In this document: positions 37,296 through 46,057 of the stretch, piece by piece | Layout: each line of letters starts with the position of its first letter | How positions within the stretch are numbered: the stretch's first letter is position 1 | Made by a program: the position numbers and the translations under genes | From: an uncultured Pseudomonadota bacterium | GTDB taxonomy: Bacteria > Pseudomonadota > Gammaproteobacteria > Ga0077536 | Direction: 5' to 3' | Length of the DNA stretch: 50,496 nt | NCBI GenBank assembly: GCA_913047675.1 | Contig: CAJWTO010000006.1 | Span: 1 to 50,496, forward strand | The notes under the pieces: generated by a model | What the model was told of the DNA's origin: nothing | Databases searched by the model: none | The model's input: the letters and a program-made list of their open reading frames with translations, nothing else

Positions 37296-38747
37296 ATGGC
37301 AATTAGGAACGGAGAAACTTACATATCAGGTTTGTGTGACGGTCGAGAGGTTTGGTATGGAGGTGAAAGGGTTTCTGATGTTTCTAAATTTAGTCAATTT
37401 CAAGCTGCAGTACGTTCGATTGCTGAGCTTTACGATATGCAGCATTTGGAAGAACATAGGGCTCTGTTATCCTGCTATTCTGAAGAAGTTGAGGAGGAAG
37501 TGGGTCGTTCTTTTCAAATCCCGAGAAATCCTGAGGATCTTCGTTTAAAACGAGAGGCTTATTTTCTTTGGGCACGAGCAAACTGTGGGATGATTGGTCG
37601 AAGTCCGGATTTTTTAAATGTCATGCTGGCAGCGTTGGCTGCAAAAAAAAGTTTTTTTGCAGAGGGCGGAAAAGATCGCGCCAGTAACGTTTTAGATTAT
37701 TATCGTTTTGTCGCGAAGAATGATTTGTTTATGACCCATGCCCTCTTAGATCCGCAGCTTGATAAAGGGAAGCTGAGAAACGAACAGTCGGATCCTGATA
37801 TATGCTTGCGCGTAGTGGATGAAAACCAAGATGGTATTATTTTATCTGGCATAAAACGAATAGCGACAGCTGCACCGTATGCCGATGAACTGTTAGTTTG
37901 GCCTTTCCCACCTACTTTTCAGGAGGGCGAGGAGTCTTATGCAAATGTTTTTGCGATACCTATGAACTCCAAAGGATTAAAGACGCTGTGTAGGCCATCT
38001 TTTTCAAATAGCGGAACTACGAGAGATTTCCCTCTTTCATCTCGTTTTGACGAGATGGATGCGACGGTAGTTTTTGATGAAGTGCACGTTCCATGGGAGA
38101 GAGTTTTTGTTTATAAAAACATAGTACTTCTTAATCGTATGTACAGAGACAGTCGAATGAGAGAACTGACTGCGCACCAGACAAATACGAGGTTGGAGGC
38201 TAAGCTCGGCTTTGTATATTCGGTAATTCAGCGATTGGCAGAAGCGCAGGGAATAGAAAATAGGCCCGAGGTTATGGAAATGCTTGGTGAAGCGGCGGTC
38301 AAGATAGAGGTCATACGTTCAACCACTAGATCGGCGGAGTATCAGGCAACTTTGGACCATGAGAATGGAGTCTTGTATCCAGATTTAGCTTCTCTGCAGG
38401 CAGGTAGGGCTCTTGGGCCCATTTACTACCCTGAAATGATCGATATGATACGCAAGATGGGAGGTGGTGCATTGGTACAAGTGCCAGTGACCATGGCTGA
38501 ATTTGATTCACCAGTTGGACAAGATATCGAAAAAGCGCTGAGAGGGGCCGCGATAAGTGGTCAGGAAAAAACTCAACTTTTAAAGGTTGCGTGGGATCTG
38601 TGCGGAAGTGAATTTGGGTCTAGGCACGAGCTTTATGAGAAGAATTACGCAGGCGAACGGGGCGCTCTCTTGATGGGTGTTCAGCGGGAATATTATAGAA
38701 AAGACGATCATCTAGGCCATTTTAATGAGTTTTTGGAGGCTTTATGA
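37296..38747 (+). CDS. hpaB: Two-component phenolic hydroxylase, oxygenase component (4-hydroxyphenylacetate 3-monooxygenase HpaB family)
   Basis: GRSPDFLN, HALLDPQ.D, G.K..ATAA, PLSSRFDEMDA.VVFD.V.VPWERVF, FGSRHELYE. Symbol is family-level. Confidence 0.88.
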   Translation: MAIRNGETYISGLCDGREVWYGGERVSDVSKFSQFQAAVRSIAELYDMQHLEEHRALLSCYSEEVEEEVGRSFQIPRNPEDLRLKREAYFLWARANCGMIGRSPDFLNVMLAALAAKKSFFAEGGKDRASNVLDYYRFVAKNDLFMTHALLDPQLDKGKLRNEQSDPDICLRVVDENQDGIILSGIKRIATAAPYADELLVWPFPPTFQEGEESYANVFAIPMNSKGLKTLCRPSFSNSGTTRDFPLSSRFDEMDATVVFDEVHVPWERVFVYKNIVLLNRMYRDSRMRELTAHQTNTRLEAKLGFVYSVIQRLAEAQGIENRPEVMEMLGEAAVKIEVIRSTTRSAEYQATLDHENGVLYPDLASLQAGRALGPIYYPEMIDMIRKMGGGALVQVPVTMAEFDSPVGQDIEKALRGAAISGQEKTQLLKVAWDLCGSEFGSRHELYEKNYAGERGALLMGVQREYYRKDDHLGHFNEFLEAL

Positions 38748-39622
38748 GTAGACATAGTGAAGTACCCACCACTTTCTGGTCGGATTTAAATCACGCTTCA
38801 TTTGAGCAAGGTTATTTAGAAGCCGGATCTATTAGGACTAGGTACTTACATTCTGGAGAGAGAGAGCTTCCTCCCCTATTATTACTCCATGGTACCGGTG
38901 GTCACGCTGAATGTTATATGCGAAATTTATCGAGTCATGGGCGATATTTTGATACTTGGGCCATTGACTTTGTTGGACACGGATGGTCGGGTAAGCCTGA
39001 TGTTGACTATGAAATTGATTACTATGTCGAACATGTCGCTAGTGTTATGGATGCGCTCGGTATTAGTAAAGCTCACATATCGGGAGAATCTCTTGGTGGT
39101 TGGGTAGGGGCCCGGTTTGCGCTGAAATATCCCGAAAGGATAATGCGTCTAGTCCTGAATACGACTGGCGGCGCGACCATGAATCCGTCAGTGATGGAAA
39201 AAATCAAGGTATTGACTCGTGCCGCAGTTAATGACCCAGAGTGGGATACTGTAAGAGCGCGCTTAGAGTGGCTGATGGCCGATCCCGCTACCGTTACTGA
39301 TGAACTAGTGAGGTGTCGACGAGAAATTTATATGCAGGACGGCTTTAAGGAGGCTCTTGAGCATATATTGGTCCTACAAGATCCCGAGATACGGCTTAGA
39401 AATAATTTGTCCGATGACGAGTGGTCTAATATCTTGGCTGAAACATTAGTTATTTGGACTTCAGATGATCCTACCGCAGATGATTCGGTAGGACGGCGAA
39501 TAGCGAGTTTAATTCCAAATGCTAAGTATGAATTAATGCTGAATTGTGGACACTGGCCGCAGTATGAAGATCCCAAAGTATTTAATGAGATTCATCTTTC
39601 TTTTCTTCGAGGTTGCGGTTAG
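38744..39622 (+). CDS. mhpC: Meta-cleavage product hydrolase (MhpC/HppC-like alpha/beta hydrolase)
   Basis: LHGTGGH, GESLG, CGHWPQYE; ATGA-coupled to hpaB and directly before an MhpB-type dioxygenase. Symbol is family-level. Confidence 0.75.
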   Translation: MSRHSEVPTTFWSDLNHASFEQGYLEAGSIRTRYLHSGERELPPLLLLHGTGGHAECYMRNLSSHGRYFDTWAIDFVGHGWSGKPDVDYEIDYYVEHVASVMDALGISKAHISGESLGGWVGARFALKYPERIMRLVLNTTGGATMNPSVMEKIKVLTRAAVNDPEWDTVRARLEWLMADPATVTDELVRCRREIYMQDGFKEALEHILVLQDPEIRLRNNLSDDEWSNILAETLVIWTSDDPTADDSVGRRIASLIPNAKYELMLNCGHWPQYEDPKVFNEIHLSFLRGCG

Positions 39623-39628
39623 CTAGCG

Positions 39629-40573
39629 ATGTCGGTAAGGTTCGCTTTCGCCTCGCACACACCATTAAAAGACTATTGTGAGGTCGCGCCCGCCGTTTCG
39701 GAATCTGTAGAATCAGCACATATTGACTTGAGAAACTGGGTTGATGAATATCAGCCCGAGCTTGTAATTGCGATAGGTCCTGATCATTTTAATGGCTTCT
39801 TTTACGGACTGATGCCTTCTTTCTGCGTGGGTATGTCGACCGAGGCAGTCGGAGACTGGAATACGCCTCAGGGTGAACTTCCATCGAGCGAGGAGTTGGC
39901 TACTAAATTATTAGCTTATAGTCATAGGTCGGGCGTTGACCTAGCTTATTCTCACAATATGCGAGTAGATCACGGGATTAGTCAGTTTCTTCATGAACTT
40001 TTTGAGTGGCGGATGTTGCCTCCAATCATACCCATATTTGTAAATTGTGCTGCTGCTCCGAGGCCTCCTCTGGCGAGGGTACTTGAGTTGGGACGTATAA
40101 TCGGACAATTTGCTAGAGCTCAAAGTCTTAGAGTGTTAGTAACTGCTTCGGGTGGTTTATCTCATGATCCGCCGATTCCTTCGATAACGACTGCGAGTGG
40201 TAAGCTAAGAGAACGATTGATTAAAGGCGGTGACTTGAGCGCAGAAGCAAGACAAGCAAGACAAGAAATTGTCGTTCAGGAGGCTATGAAGCAGAGACAG
40301 GGAGAAAGTTTGCGACTTCCACTTAACCCGGAATGGGATCGGACTTTTATCAATAATCTGCAGCGTTTTGACTTTGACTCTCTCTTGTCACTGAGTGACG
40401 AAGATATCACCAGTGCCGCAGGATGCGGAGCACATGAAATTAGGGCATGGCTGACGGGAGCGTCCGCCGCGAAAGAATGTGGAATAACCAAGCTAGACTT
40501 ATTGCTTTATTTGCCTATTCCAGAGTGGGTCGCGGGCTACGGGATCATGCGCGGACAGATTATGAAGGATTAA
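39629..40573 (+). CDS. mhpB: Extradiol dioxygenase, 3-(2,3-dihydroxyphenyl)propionate 1,2-dioxygenase (MhpB/LigB class III) family
   Basis: SHTPL, PDHFNGFFY, VDHG, SGGLSHDPP, PLNPEWD, HEIRAW, IPEW. Confidence 0.88.
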   Translation: MSVRFAFASHTPLKDYCEVAPAVSESVESAHIDLRNWVDEYQPELVIAIGPDHFNGFFYGLMPSFCVGMSTEAVGDWNTPQGELPSSEELATKLLAYSHRSGVDLAYSHNMRVDHGISQFLHELFEWRMLPPIIPIFVNCAAAPRPPLARVLELGRIIGQFARAQSLRVLVTASGGLSHDPPIPSITTASGKLRERLIKGGDLSAEARQARQEIVVQEAMKQRQGESLRLPLNPEWDRTFINNLQRFDFDSLLSLSDEDITSAAGCGAHEIRAWLTGASAAKECGITKLDLLLYLPIPEWVAGYGIMRGQIMKD

Positions 40574-40585
40574 GCGGAAGTTCTC

Positions 40586-40936
40586 TCAAAACTGGCTTAA
40601 AAGTACTTTACTATAACAATCCTCATTATACCCCACTAGTATTTGGTCTTTGAAGACAAGTGTTGGCGCTCTTAGGTTACCGGTAGGTCCAAGCATATTA
40701 TCAATTGCTTCGTCTGAAACGTTTTTTCCGCCGGTGAACGCCATGATCTTTTTACCTTTAGCAACAGTGATTTTTTTGGCAGTCGAAGCCAGTTTTTTTG
40801 CAGCATCTTTTCCCAATTTGCGAGAAGCAGGCACTATTTCTTGCGCTGTTAATTTTTTTGCCTCCATAAACTTGGAAGCTTTCTCGCAGGTAGTTCATCC
40901 CTTCCTATAGTAATACCAGTTAATTAAATTGCTCAT
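40586..40936 (-). CDS. ArsC/Spx-like thioredoxin-fold selenoprotein (UxxC), 116 aa
   Basis: From ATG 40936: MSNLINWYYYRKG-U(TGA at 40897-40895)-TTCEKASKF, in frame with the tracked 93-aa ORF, which carries GPTGNLRAPT...LVGYN (ArsC-type R-x-P region). Confidence 0.85.
40860..40879 (-). promoter_or_regulatory. Putative bacterial SECIS element
   Basis: mRNA GCUUCCA-AGUUUA-UGGAGGC: a 7-bp stem starting 16 nt after UGA, with the apical loop starting at +23 and G at loop position 2 followed by U. Consistent with the bacterial SECIS model. Confidence 0.6.
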
Positions 40937-41108
40937 AGTTTAATTTTAGCCTGTTACTGAAATTTATCTGCCATATTCTACTTAGAGTTAATATAATGTA
41001 AATTAAATTCGACGCTGAGGATTCGATTAGGGGCTATATTTATGGCGTCACCGAATCCCAATAATTTAATTAATGTTAGATTTTCATATTTAGAGCGCGT
41101 GAAAGGGG

Positions 41109-42356
41109 ATGTTAAAAATGAGACAGGTGCATATAGCCGGCGTTGGGATGACTAATTTTGGTAAATTCTTAGATAGAAGTTTAAAGGATTTGACCGGAGA
41201 TGCTTTAAAGGATGTTTTGTCTGACGCGGGCTGCGATGCCACAGATATCGAGGCTGCTTTTTTTGGAAATTGTGTCCAAGGCCACATGGAAGGTCAAGAT
41301 ATGGTGCGAGGCGAAATAGCGCTTCGACCTTTTGGTGTTTCTGGTGTTCCAATCGTCAACGTCGAAAATGCTTGCGCTACATCGAGTACTGCTTTTCATA
41401 TGGCCGTAAATTATGTGAAATCTGGCGCAGCTGACATTGTGTTAGCAATAGGTGTTGAAAAGATGTTCTCTGAAGATAAGGCGAGAATGTTTAGCGCCTT
41501 TGATGGCGCGTGGGATGTGCACGAAGTGGAACAGAGCGTCGAACGGTTCGATGGGATGGCCGAAGGAGTAGAGATACCTGAAGGCACCACCTCGCCGAGA
41601 CCGTACAGTGTGTTTATGGACATATACGCTGGATTTTGTCGGATGCACATGAAAGAGTTTGGCACCACTCAAGAGCAGCTAGCGATCATCGCGTCGAAAA
41701 ATCATTTACATTCTGTACATAACACTCGGTCGCAATATAACAAGGCCTTTACTGTAGAAGAAGTTTTGGCGGCGGCGCCAATAACTTACCCGTTGACACT
41801 GCCTATGTGCTCCCCTGTGAGTGATGGAGCTGCTGCTGCAATAGTTTGTAGTCACGAAGGTCTGAAAAAATTAAAAGGTCGTACCGATCGGAATGTGAAA
41901 GTTCTTAGTAGCGTACTGCGAGCGGGTAGCGATAGAGAGTTGCGTGATTTTGAGCAGCATGCAAGTAAGTTAGCTGCTATGACCGCTTACGATCAAGCAG
42001 GTGTTGGCCCGGAGGATGTTGATGTCGCTGAGGTGCATGATGCGACAGCGATGGGCGAGGTGATGGAAGTAGAGGCTTTAGGCTTGTGCGAGCTAGGCGG
42101 GGGAGGACCGATGGCACAAGCGGGTGATAGCACCCTCGGGGGACGAGTTCCTGTTAATCCGTCTGGTGGTCTTGAGTCGAAAGGTCATCCGATAGGAGCC
42201 ACCGGATTAGGACAGATTTTTGAGCTGGTTTGTCAGCTTCGGGGTGAGTCTGACGCACGACAGGTCGAAGGTGCGCGAGTAGGTATCGCGCAAAATGGCG
42301 GTGGTATTGTCGGGATCGAAGAGGCAGTGACCTGTATTACGTTATTAGGCACATAG
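41109..42356 (+). CDS. SCP2-type (non-canonical) thiolase family protein
   Basis: VENACATSS, SPVSDGAAA, EVHDA (instead of NEAF), SGGLESKGHPIGATG; no C-terminal CxGGG. Confidence 0.9.
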   Translation: MLKMRQVHIAGVGMTNFGKFLDRSLKDLTGDALKDVLSDAGCDATDIEAAFFGNCVQGHMEGQDMVRGEIALRPFGVSGVPIVNVENACATSSTAFHMAVNYVKSGAADIVLAIGVEKMFSEDKARMFSAFDGAWDVHEVEQSVERFDGMAEGVEIPEGTTSPRPYSVFMDIYAGFCRMHMKEFGTTQEQLAIIASKNHLHSVHNTRSQYNKAFTVEEVLAAAPITYPLTLPMCSPVSDGAAAAIVCSHEGLKKLKGRTDRNVKVLSSVLRAGSDRELRDFEQHASKLAAMTAYDQAGVGPEDVDVAEVHDATAMGEVMEVEALGLCELGGGGPMAQAGDSTLGGRVPVNPSGGLESKGHPIGATGLGQIFELVCQLRGESDARQVEGARVGIAQNGGGIVGIEEAVTCITLLGT

Positions 42357-42374
42357 GCTTCTGTTTTTAACTGA

Positions 42375-44129
42375 TTGACGGAATTTGACGATATGGCTGA
42401 GCGACGGAACGCGAAGGTTTTAGAGCTGACAGGAGACTACCTGCCTGATCGGGCGCTTATCGGTGGGAAAGCTTGGTCTATATGCCGAATGAAAAGTCTA
42501 GGTCTGCCGGTGCCGCCTGCTTTTGTAGTTACTACAAACGTGTGTCAGGATTATTTGAATGCTCGAGAGCTTTCTGATGCCTTGAAAGATGAGGTTCTAG
42601 TTGCTGTAAGAGGATTAGAAGGTACCACTGGAAGATATTTGGGCGGCGAGGAACGGCCGCTCTTACTTTCTGTGCGTTCAGGGGCACCAATATCTATGCC
42701 AGGAATGATGGATACAGTGCTCAATCTAGGGATGAGCTTAGAGGTTCAGAAAGCGCTAGCAGTTGAGTCTGGTAGCGAAAAATTTGCGAAAGACACTCAT
42801 CTCAGATTTTTGACACTTTACTCCAATATAGTTTTGAAGCAGTCGATCACTGATGATGTCGAACCGGAAATCATTCTTCAGTCGTTAAATAGTGATGGAA
42901 AATTTGAGAGTCCTACGGAGCAATTATTCAAAGCAATAGAAGCCGTATTTTCATCGTGGAATTCTCGGAGGGCAAAAAGATATCGTAAACACAATGGCAT
43001 TTCTGATGAGCTAGGAACAGCTGTCGTTGTGCAGGCGATGGTTTTTGGAAACCTTGATCGCGCCTCGGGAACAGGAGTGTTATTCAGTCGCAATCCTTTA
43101 ACGGGTAGTAAGGAACCTTTTGGAGAATATTTAGCCAGCGCTCAGGGGGAAGATGTAGTCTCAGGCACCCATACACCTGACCCTCTCAGTTGTTTAGAGA
43201 AAGATATGCCAGAAATCTACGATGAACTATTAAGATCTTCTGAGGTTTTAGAGAATGAAAACGGTGATGTCCAGGACATCGAATTTACAGTGCAGAATGG
43301 CGAACTCTTTTTACTCCAGTCTCGCTCTGCGAAGAGATCGCCCGATGCTGCGGTCTCTTTTGCAGTGGATATGGTGGAAGAGGGTCGGATTTCTTCTGAC
43401 GTAGCGCTATCGCGAGTAACGTGTGAGCAGGTACGCACATTGCTTCGACCTAAGCTAGAAGAGGGCTGTACAATCGACCGAGTAACTCTCGCACAGGGCG
43501 AATCGGCATGTCATGGGGTAAGTCACGGTGTTGTTGCTCTAACTTCTGAGCAAGCTGAACTACTATCCTCTCAAGGAATAGATGTTGTGCTCGCTAGGGA
43601 AACGACCAGCCCAGATGACCTCCATGGAATGATTGCTAGTACTGCGGTTTTGACCGAGACTGGTGGTTTAACTTCACATGCGGCTGTTGTGGGTAGGGCG
43701 TTAGGAGTTCCGTGTATAGTAGGGTGCGGTTCTGGAAGTCTGCTGAGGCTGGAAGGGAAGAAAGTCACGGTTGACGCCACTTCGGGTAAGGTTTTCGAAG
43801 GCTATCTACCTATGGTACGGCCAAAAGAAAGAGATGATCCTCGTTTAGTTCGTATCAAAGGATGGGCAAGTGACCAATGTCCAATTAAAGTGGTGGAGCG
43901 GTCGAGCGCCGTAACACAAGAGGTCTTCGATTTAGATGATTTAGATGATTGCGACAGTCCGGAAAAGATTCCATTGTATTTGAAAGGACAAAAAGTTGTA
44001 TCTGGTAGTGTATTAGACTCCGGAGTTGGTGTTCTAGCGGCGATACAGTGTGGTATCGAGACTATTGTCACGGATAATCCGCTAGCGGTAACTTTGGCGG
44101 CGGTCGAAGCGAAAAACTGTAATGACTAA
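42375..44129 (+). CDS. ppdK: PPDK-like ATP-grasp plus phospho-His swivel protein lacking the pyruvate-binding barrel (HpeI/AcvB-like kinase subunit)
   Basis: GGKA, PVPPAF, SVRSGAPISMPGMMDTVLN, QAMVFGN, AQGEDVVSG, QDIEFT, LQSR, GGLTSHAAVVGR. Only 584 aa versus about 880 for full PPDK. Start may be ATG 42393. Symbol is family-level. Confidence 0.88.
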   Translation: MTEFDDMAERRNAKVLELTGDYLPDRALIGGKAWSICRMKSLGLPVPPAFVVTTNVCQDYLNARELSDALKDEVLVAVRGLEGTTGRYLGGEERPLLLSVRSGAPISMPGMMDTVLNLGMSLEVQKALAVESGSEKFAKDTHLRFLTLYSNIVLKQSITDDVEPEIILQSLNSDGKFESPTEQLFKAIEAVFSSWNSRRAKRYRKHNGISDELGTAVVVQAMVFGNLDRASGTGVLFSRNPLTGSKEPFGEYLASAQGEDVVSGTHTPDPLSCLEKDMPEIYDELLRSSEVLENENGDVQDIEFTVQNGELFLLQSRSAKRSPDAAVSFAVDMVEEGRISSDVALSRVTCEQVRTLLRPKLEEGCTIDRVTLAQGESACHGVSHGVVALTSEQAELLSSQGIDVVLARETTSPDDLHGMIASTAVLTETGGLTSHAAVVGRALGVPCIVGCGSGSLLRLEGKKVTVDATSGKVFEGYLPMVRPKERDDPRLVRIKGWASDQCPIKVVERSSAVTQEVFDLDDLDDCDSPEKIPLYLKGQKVVSGSVLDSGVGVLAAIQCGIETIVTDNPLAVTLAAVEAKNCND

Positions 44130-44170
44130 AACTATTTTCACAAAGAAAAAAATATCTGAGGACAAATTTA

Positions 44171-44662
44171 ATGGCTAAGCCTACTTCGGACGATATAAAA
44201 ACGTTGATTGAACAGTTTGAGCAATCTGACTGGAAGGAAGTGCATGTAAAAACTGATGGTTTCGAATTGTATTTGTCTGAAAACCCAAAAAGTTCGGGTC
44301 CTCCTTCGGCTGTTACACCCCAGTTGACCACAGCAACTTCTCAAACTGTTGAGAACGCTGATACGAGTCCGGTCGTTGCGGAACCGGCACTTGAAGCGGG
44401 TAAAGCCATTCTACCAGAAGGCATGACTGCCGTAACAGCTCCCAATCTTGGCACATTTTATAGTGCTCCAAAACCTGGTGCGCCGCCTTATGTTGAAGTC
44501 GGTCAAAATGTTTCTGCGGAGACAGAGGTCTGTTTGATTGAAGTAATGAAATTATTTACGCCAGTAAAAGCGGGCGTATCAGGCGTCATCAGGGAAATCT
44601 GTGTATCTGATGGACAGATGGTCGAGTATGAGCAGCTCCTTGTTGTCATCGAACCAAGCTGA
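44171..44662 (+). CDS. accB: Biotin carboxyl carrier protein (AccB family; HpeC/AcvC-like)
   Basis: APNLGTFY, IEVMKL biotinyl-Lys motif, Pro/Ala-rich linker. Symbol is family-level. Confidence 0.92.
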   Translation: MAKPTSDDIKTLIEQFEQSDWKEVHVKTDGFELYLSENPKSSGPPSAVTPQLTTATSQTVENADTSPVVAEPALEAGKAILPEGMTAVTAPNLGTFYSAPKPGAPPYVEVGQNVSAETEVCLIEVMKLFTPVKAGVSGVIREICVSDGQMVEYEQLLVVIEPS

Positions 44663-44671
44663 TTTTTACTT

Positions 44672-46042
44672 ATGACAATTAAGCGAGTTTTTGTTGCAAA
44701 TCGTGGAGAAATCGCGGTACGAATCATACGAGCTGCGCACGCGCTGGGAATAGAGGTTGTGCAAGGTGTTTCTCTCGCTGATAGAGATAGTATGGCACCG
44801 AAGATGGCCGATCGTACTGTAGTTATTGGGCCGGCTCAGTCTAAGGATAGCTACCTAGATGTTCAGACTGTGGTGCATGCGGCGAAGTCGACAGGTTGTG
44901 ACGCGCTGCACCCTGGCTATGGGTTTCTTTCAGAGAGAGCTGAACTGGCGCGTGTTTGCGTGGAAGAAGGCATTATTTTTATCGGTCCTCAAGCTCAAGT
45001 TATTGAGGATTTAGGAGATAAACTTCGAGCCAGAGAAATAGCGGAAAGATCTGGGATTGCTTCAGTACCTGGAAGTGGTCATGTTGAGTCTCCTGCTGCC
45101 GCTTTAGTGGCAGCTAATAAAATTGGATTTCCTGTAGTTATGAAAGCCTCGGCTGGGGGAGGTGGACGGGGAATGTTTGTTGCCCGAAACAGTAACGCCA
45201 TTAAAGAGTCTTTTGAACGAGCAAGTGGCGAGGCCTTGGAAGCTTTTGGCGATGGGACCCTTTATCTAGAGAGATATATTGAAAATGCGCGACATGTCGA
45301 GGTACAGATAGCGGGAGATGGTCAAGGGAATGCTGTACATTTTGGCGAGAGGGATTGCTCAGTCCAGCGGAGATATCAAAAAGTAGTAGAAGAGGCTCCT
45401 TGTGTTTTAATGTCCGATCCTCTCAGAAAAAAACTTCACAAAGCAGCCGTTAAGTTAGTTGCCTCACTTAACTACTCTAATGTTGGCACAGTAGAATTTC
45501 TTTTTGATGTTGAGCGAGATGAGTTCTATTTCATTGAAGTAAACACGCGTATTCAAGTCGAACATCCGGTTACAGAGCAGGTTACGGGATATGATTTGGT
45601 ACAGATGCAGTTTCGTCTCGCGGCGGGCGAGGAAAATGCTCTACCGTCACAAAAAGCAATAGGTATTTCAAGACATGCCATCGAGTGTAGGTTGAATGCC
45701 GAGGATGCGTATAATAATTTTGCTCCAAGTCCAGGTCGCATCAAGGAATGGAGCCCCGCGCAAGGTGCTGGTATCAGAGTTGATAGTCATTGTTATAGCG
45801 ATTATTTGGTGCCACCATTTTACGACTCTATGATTGGTAAAATAGTAGTGACTGGACCAGATCGGTTGTCGACTGTTCGTCGTCTCCAAGCAGCACTTGA
45901 GGATTTTCGGATCGAAGGGTTAGTATGTAATTTACAATTACTTCGCGAAATCGTTGCGCATCCAGATTTTGAGGATAATAGTTTTCACACGCGGTGGTTG
46001 GAACAAGATATGCTTCCAGTGTTTGAGTTGGCAAAAAAATAA
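44672..46042 (+). CDS. accC: Biotin carboxylase (AccC family; HpeB/AcvD-like)
   Basis: ANRGEIAVR, HPGYGFLSE, GGGGRGM, ERDCSVQRR, EVNTRIQVEHPVTE, YDSMIGK. Symbol is family-level. Confidence 0.95.
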   Translation: MTIKRVFVANRGEIAVRIIRAAHALGIEVVQGVSLADRDSMAPKMADRTVVIGPAQSKDSYLDVQTVVHAAKSTGCDALHPGYGFLSERAELARVCVEEGIIFIGPQAQVIEDLGDKLRAREIAERSGIASVPGSGHVESPAAALVAANKIGFPVVMKASAGGGGRGMFVARNSNAIKESFERASGEALEAFGDGTLYLERYIENARHVEVQIAGDGQGNAVHFGERDCSVQRRYQKVVEEAPCVLMSDPLRKKLHKAAVKLVASLNYSNVGTVEFLFDVERDEFYFIEVNTRIQVEHPVTEQVTGYDLVQMQFRLAAGEENALPSQKAIGISRHAIECRLNAEDAYNNFAPSPGRIKEWSPAQGAGIRVDSHCYSDYLVPPFYDSMIGKIVVTGPDRLSTVRRLQAALEDFRIEGLVCNLQLLREIVAHPDFEDNSFHTRWLEQDMLPVFELAKK

Positions 46043-46057
46043 AGGATGTAGTGAAGA

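Noticed and set aside
40586-40936. ArsC-like gene as a nonsense pseudogene
   Set aside because: The stop is TGA exactly at the redox Cys position, followed by a SECIS-like hairpin, and the rest of the frame is intact. Sec recoding is more parsimonious, although unproven.
42375-44129. Truncated or frameshifted ppdK pseudogene
   Set aside because: The next gene starts 41 nt after the stop with no remnant of the pyruvate domain, and barrel-less PPDK-like kinases are an established architecture.
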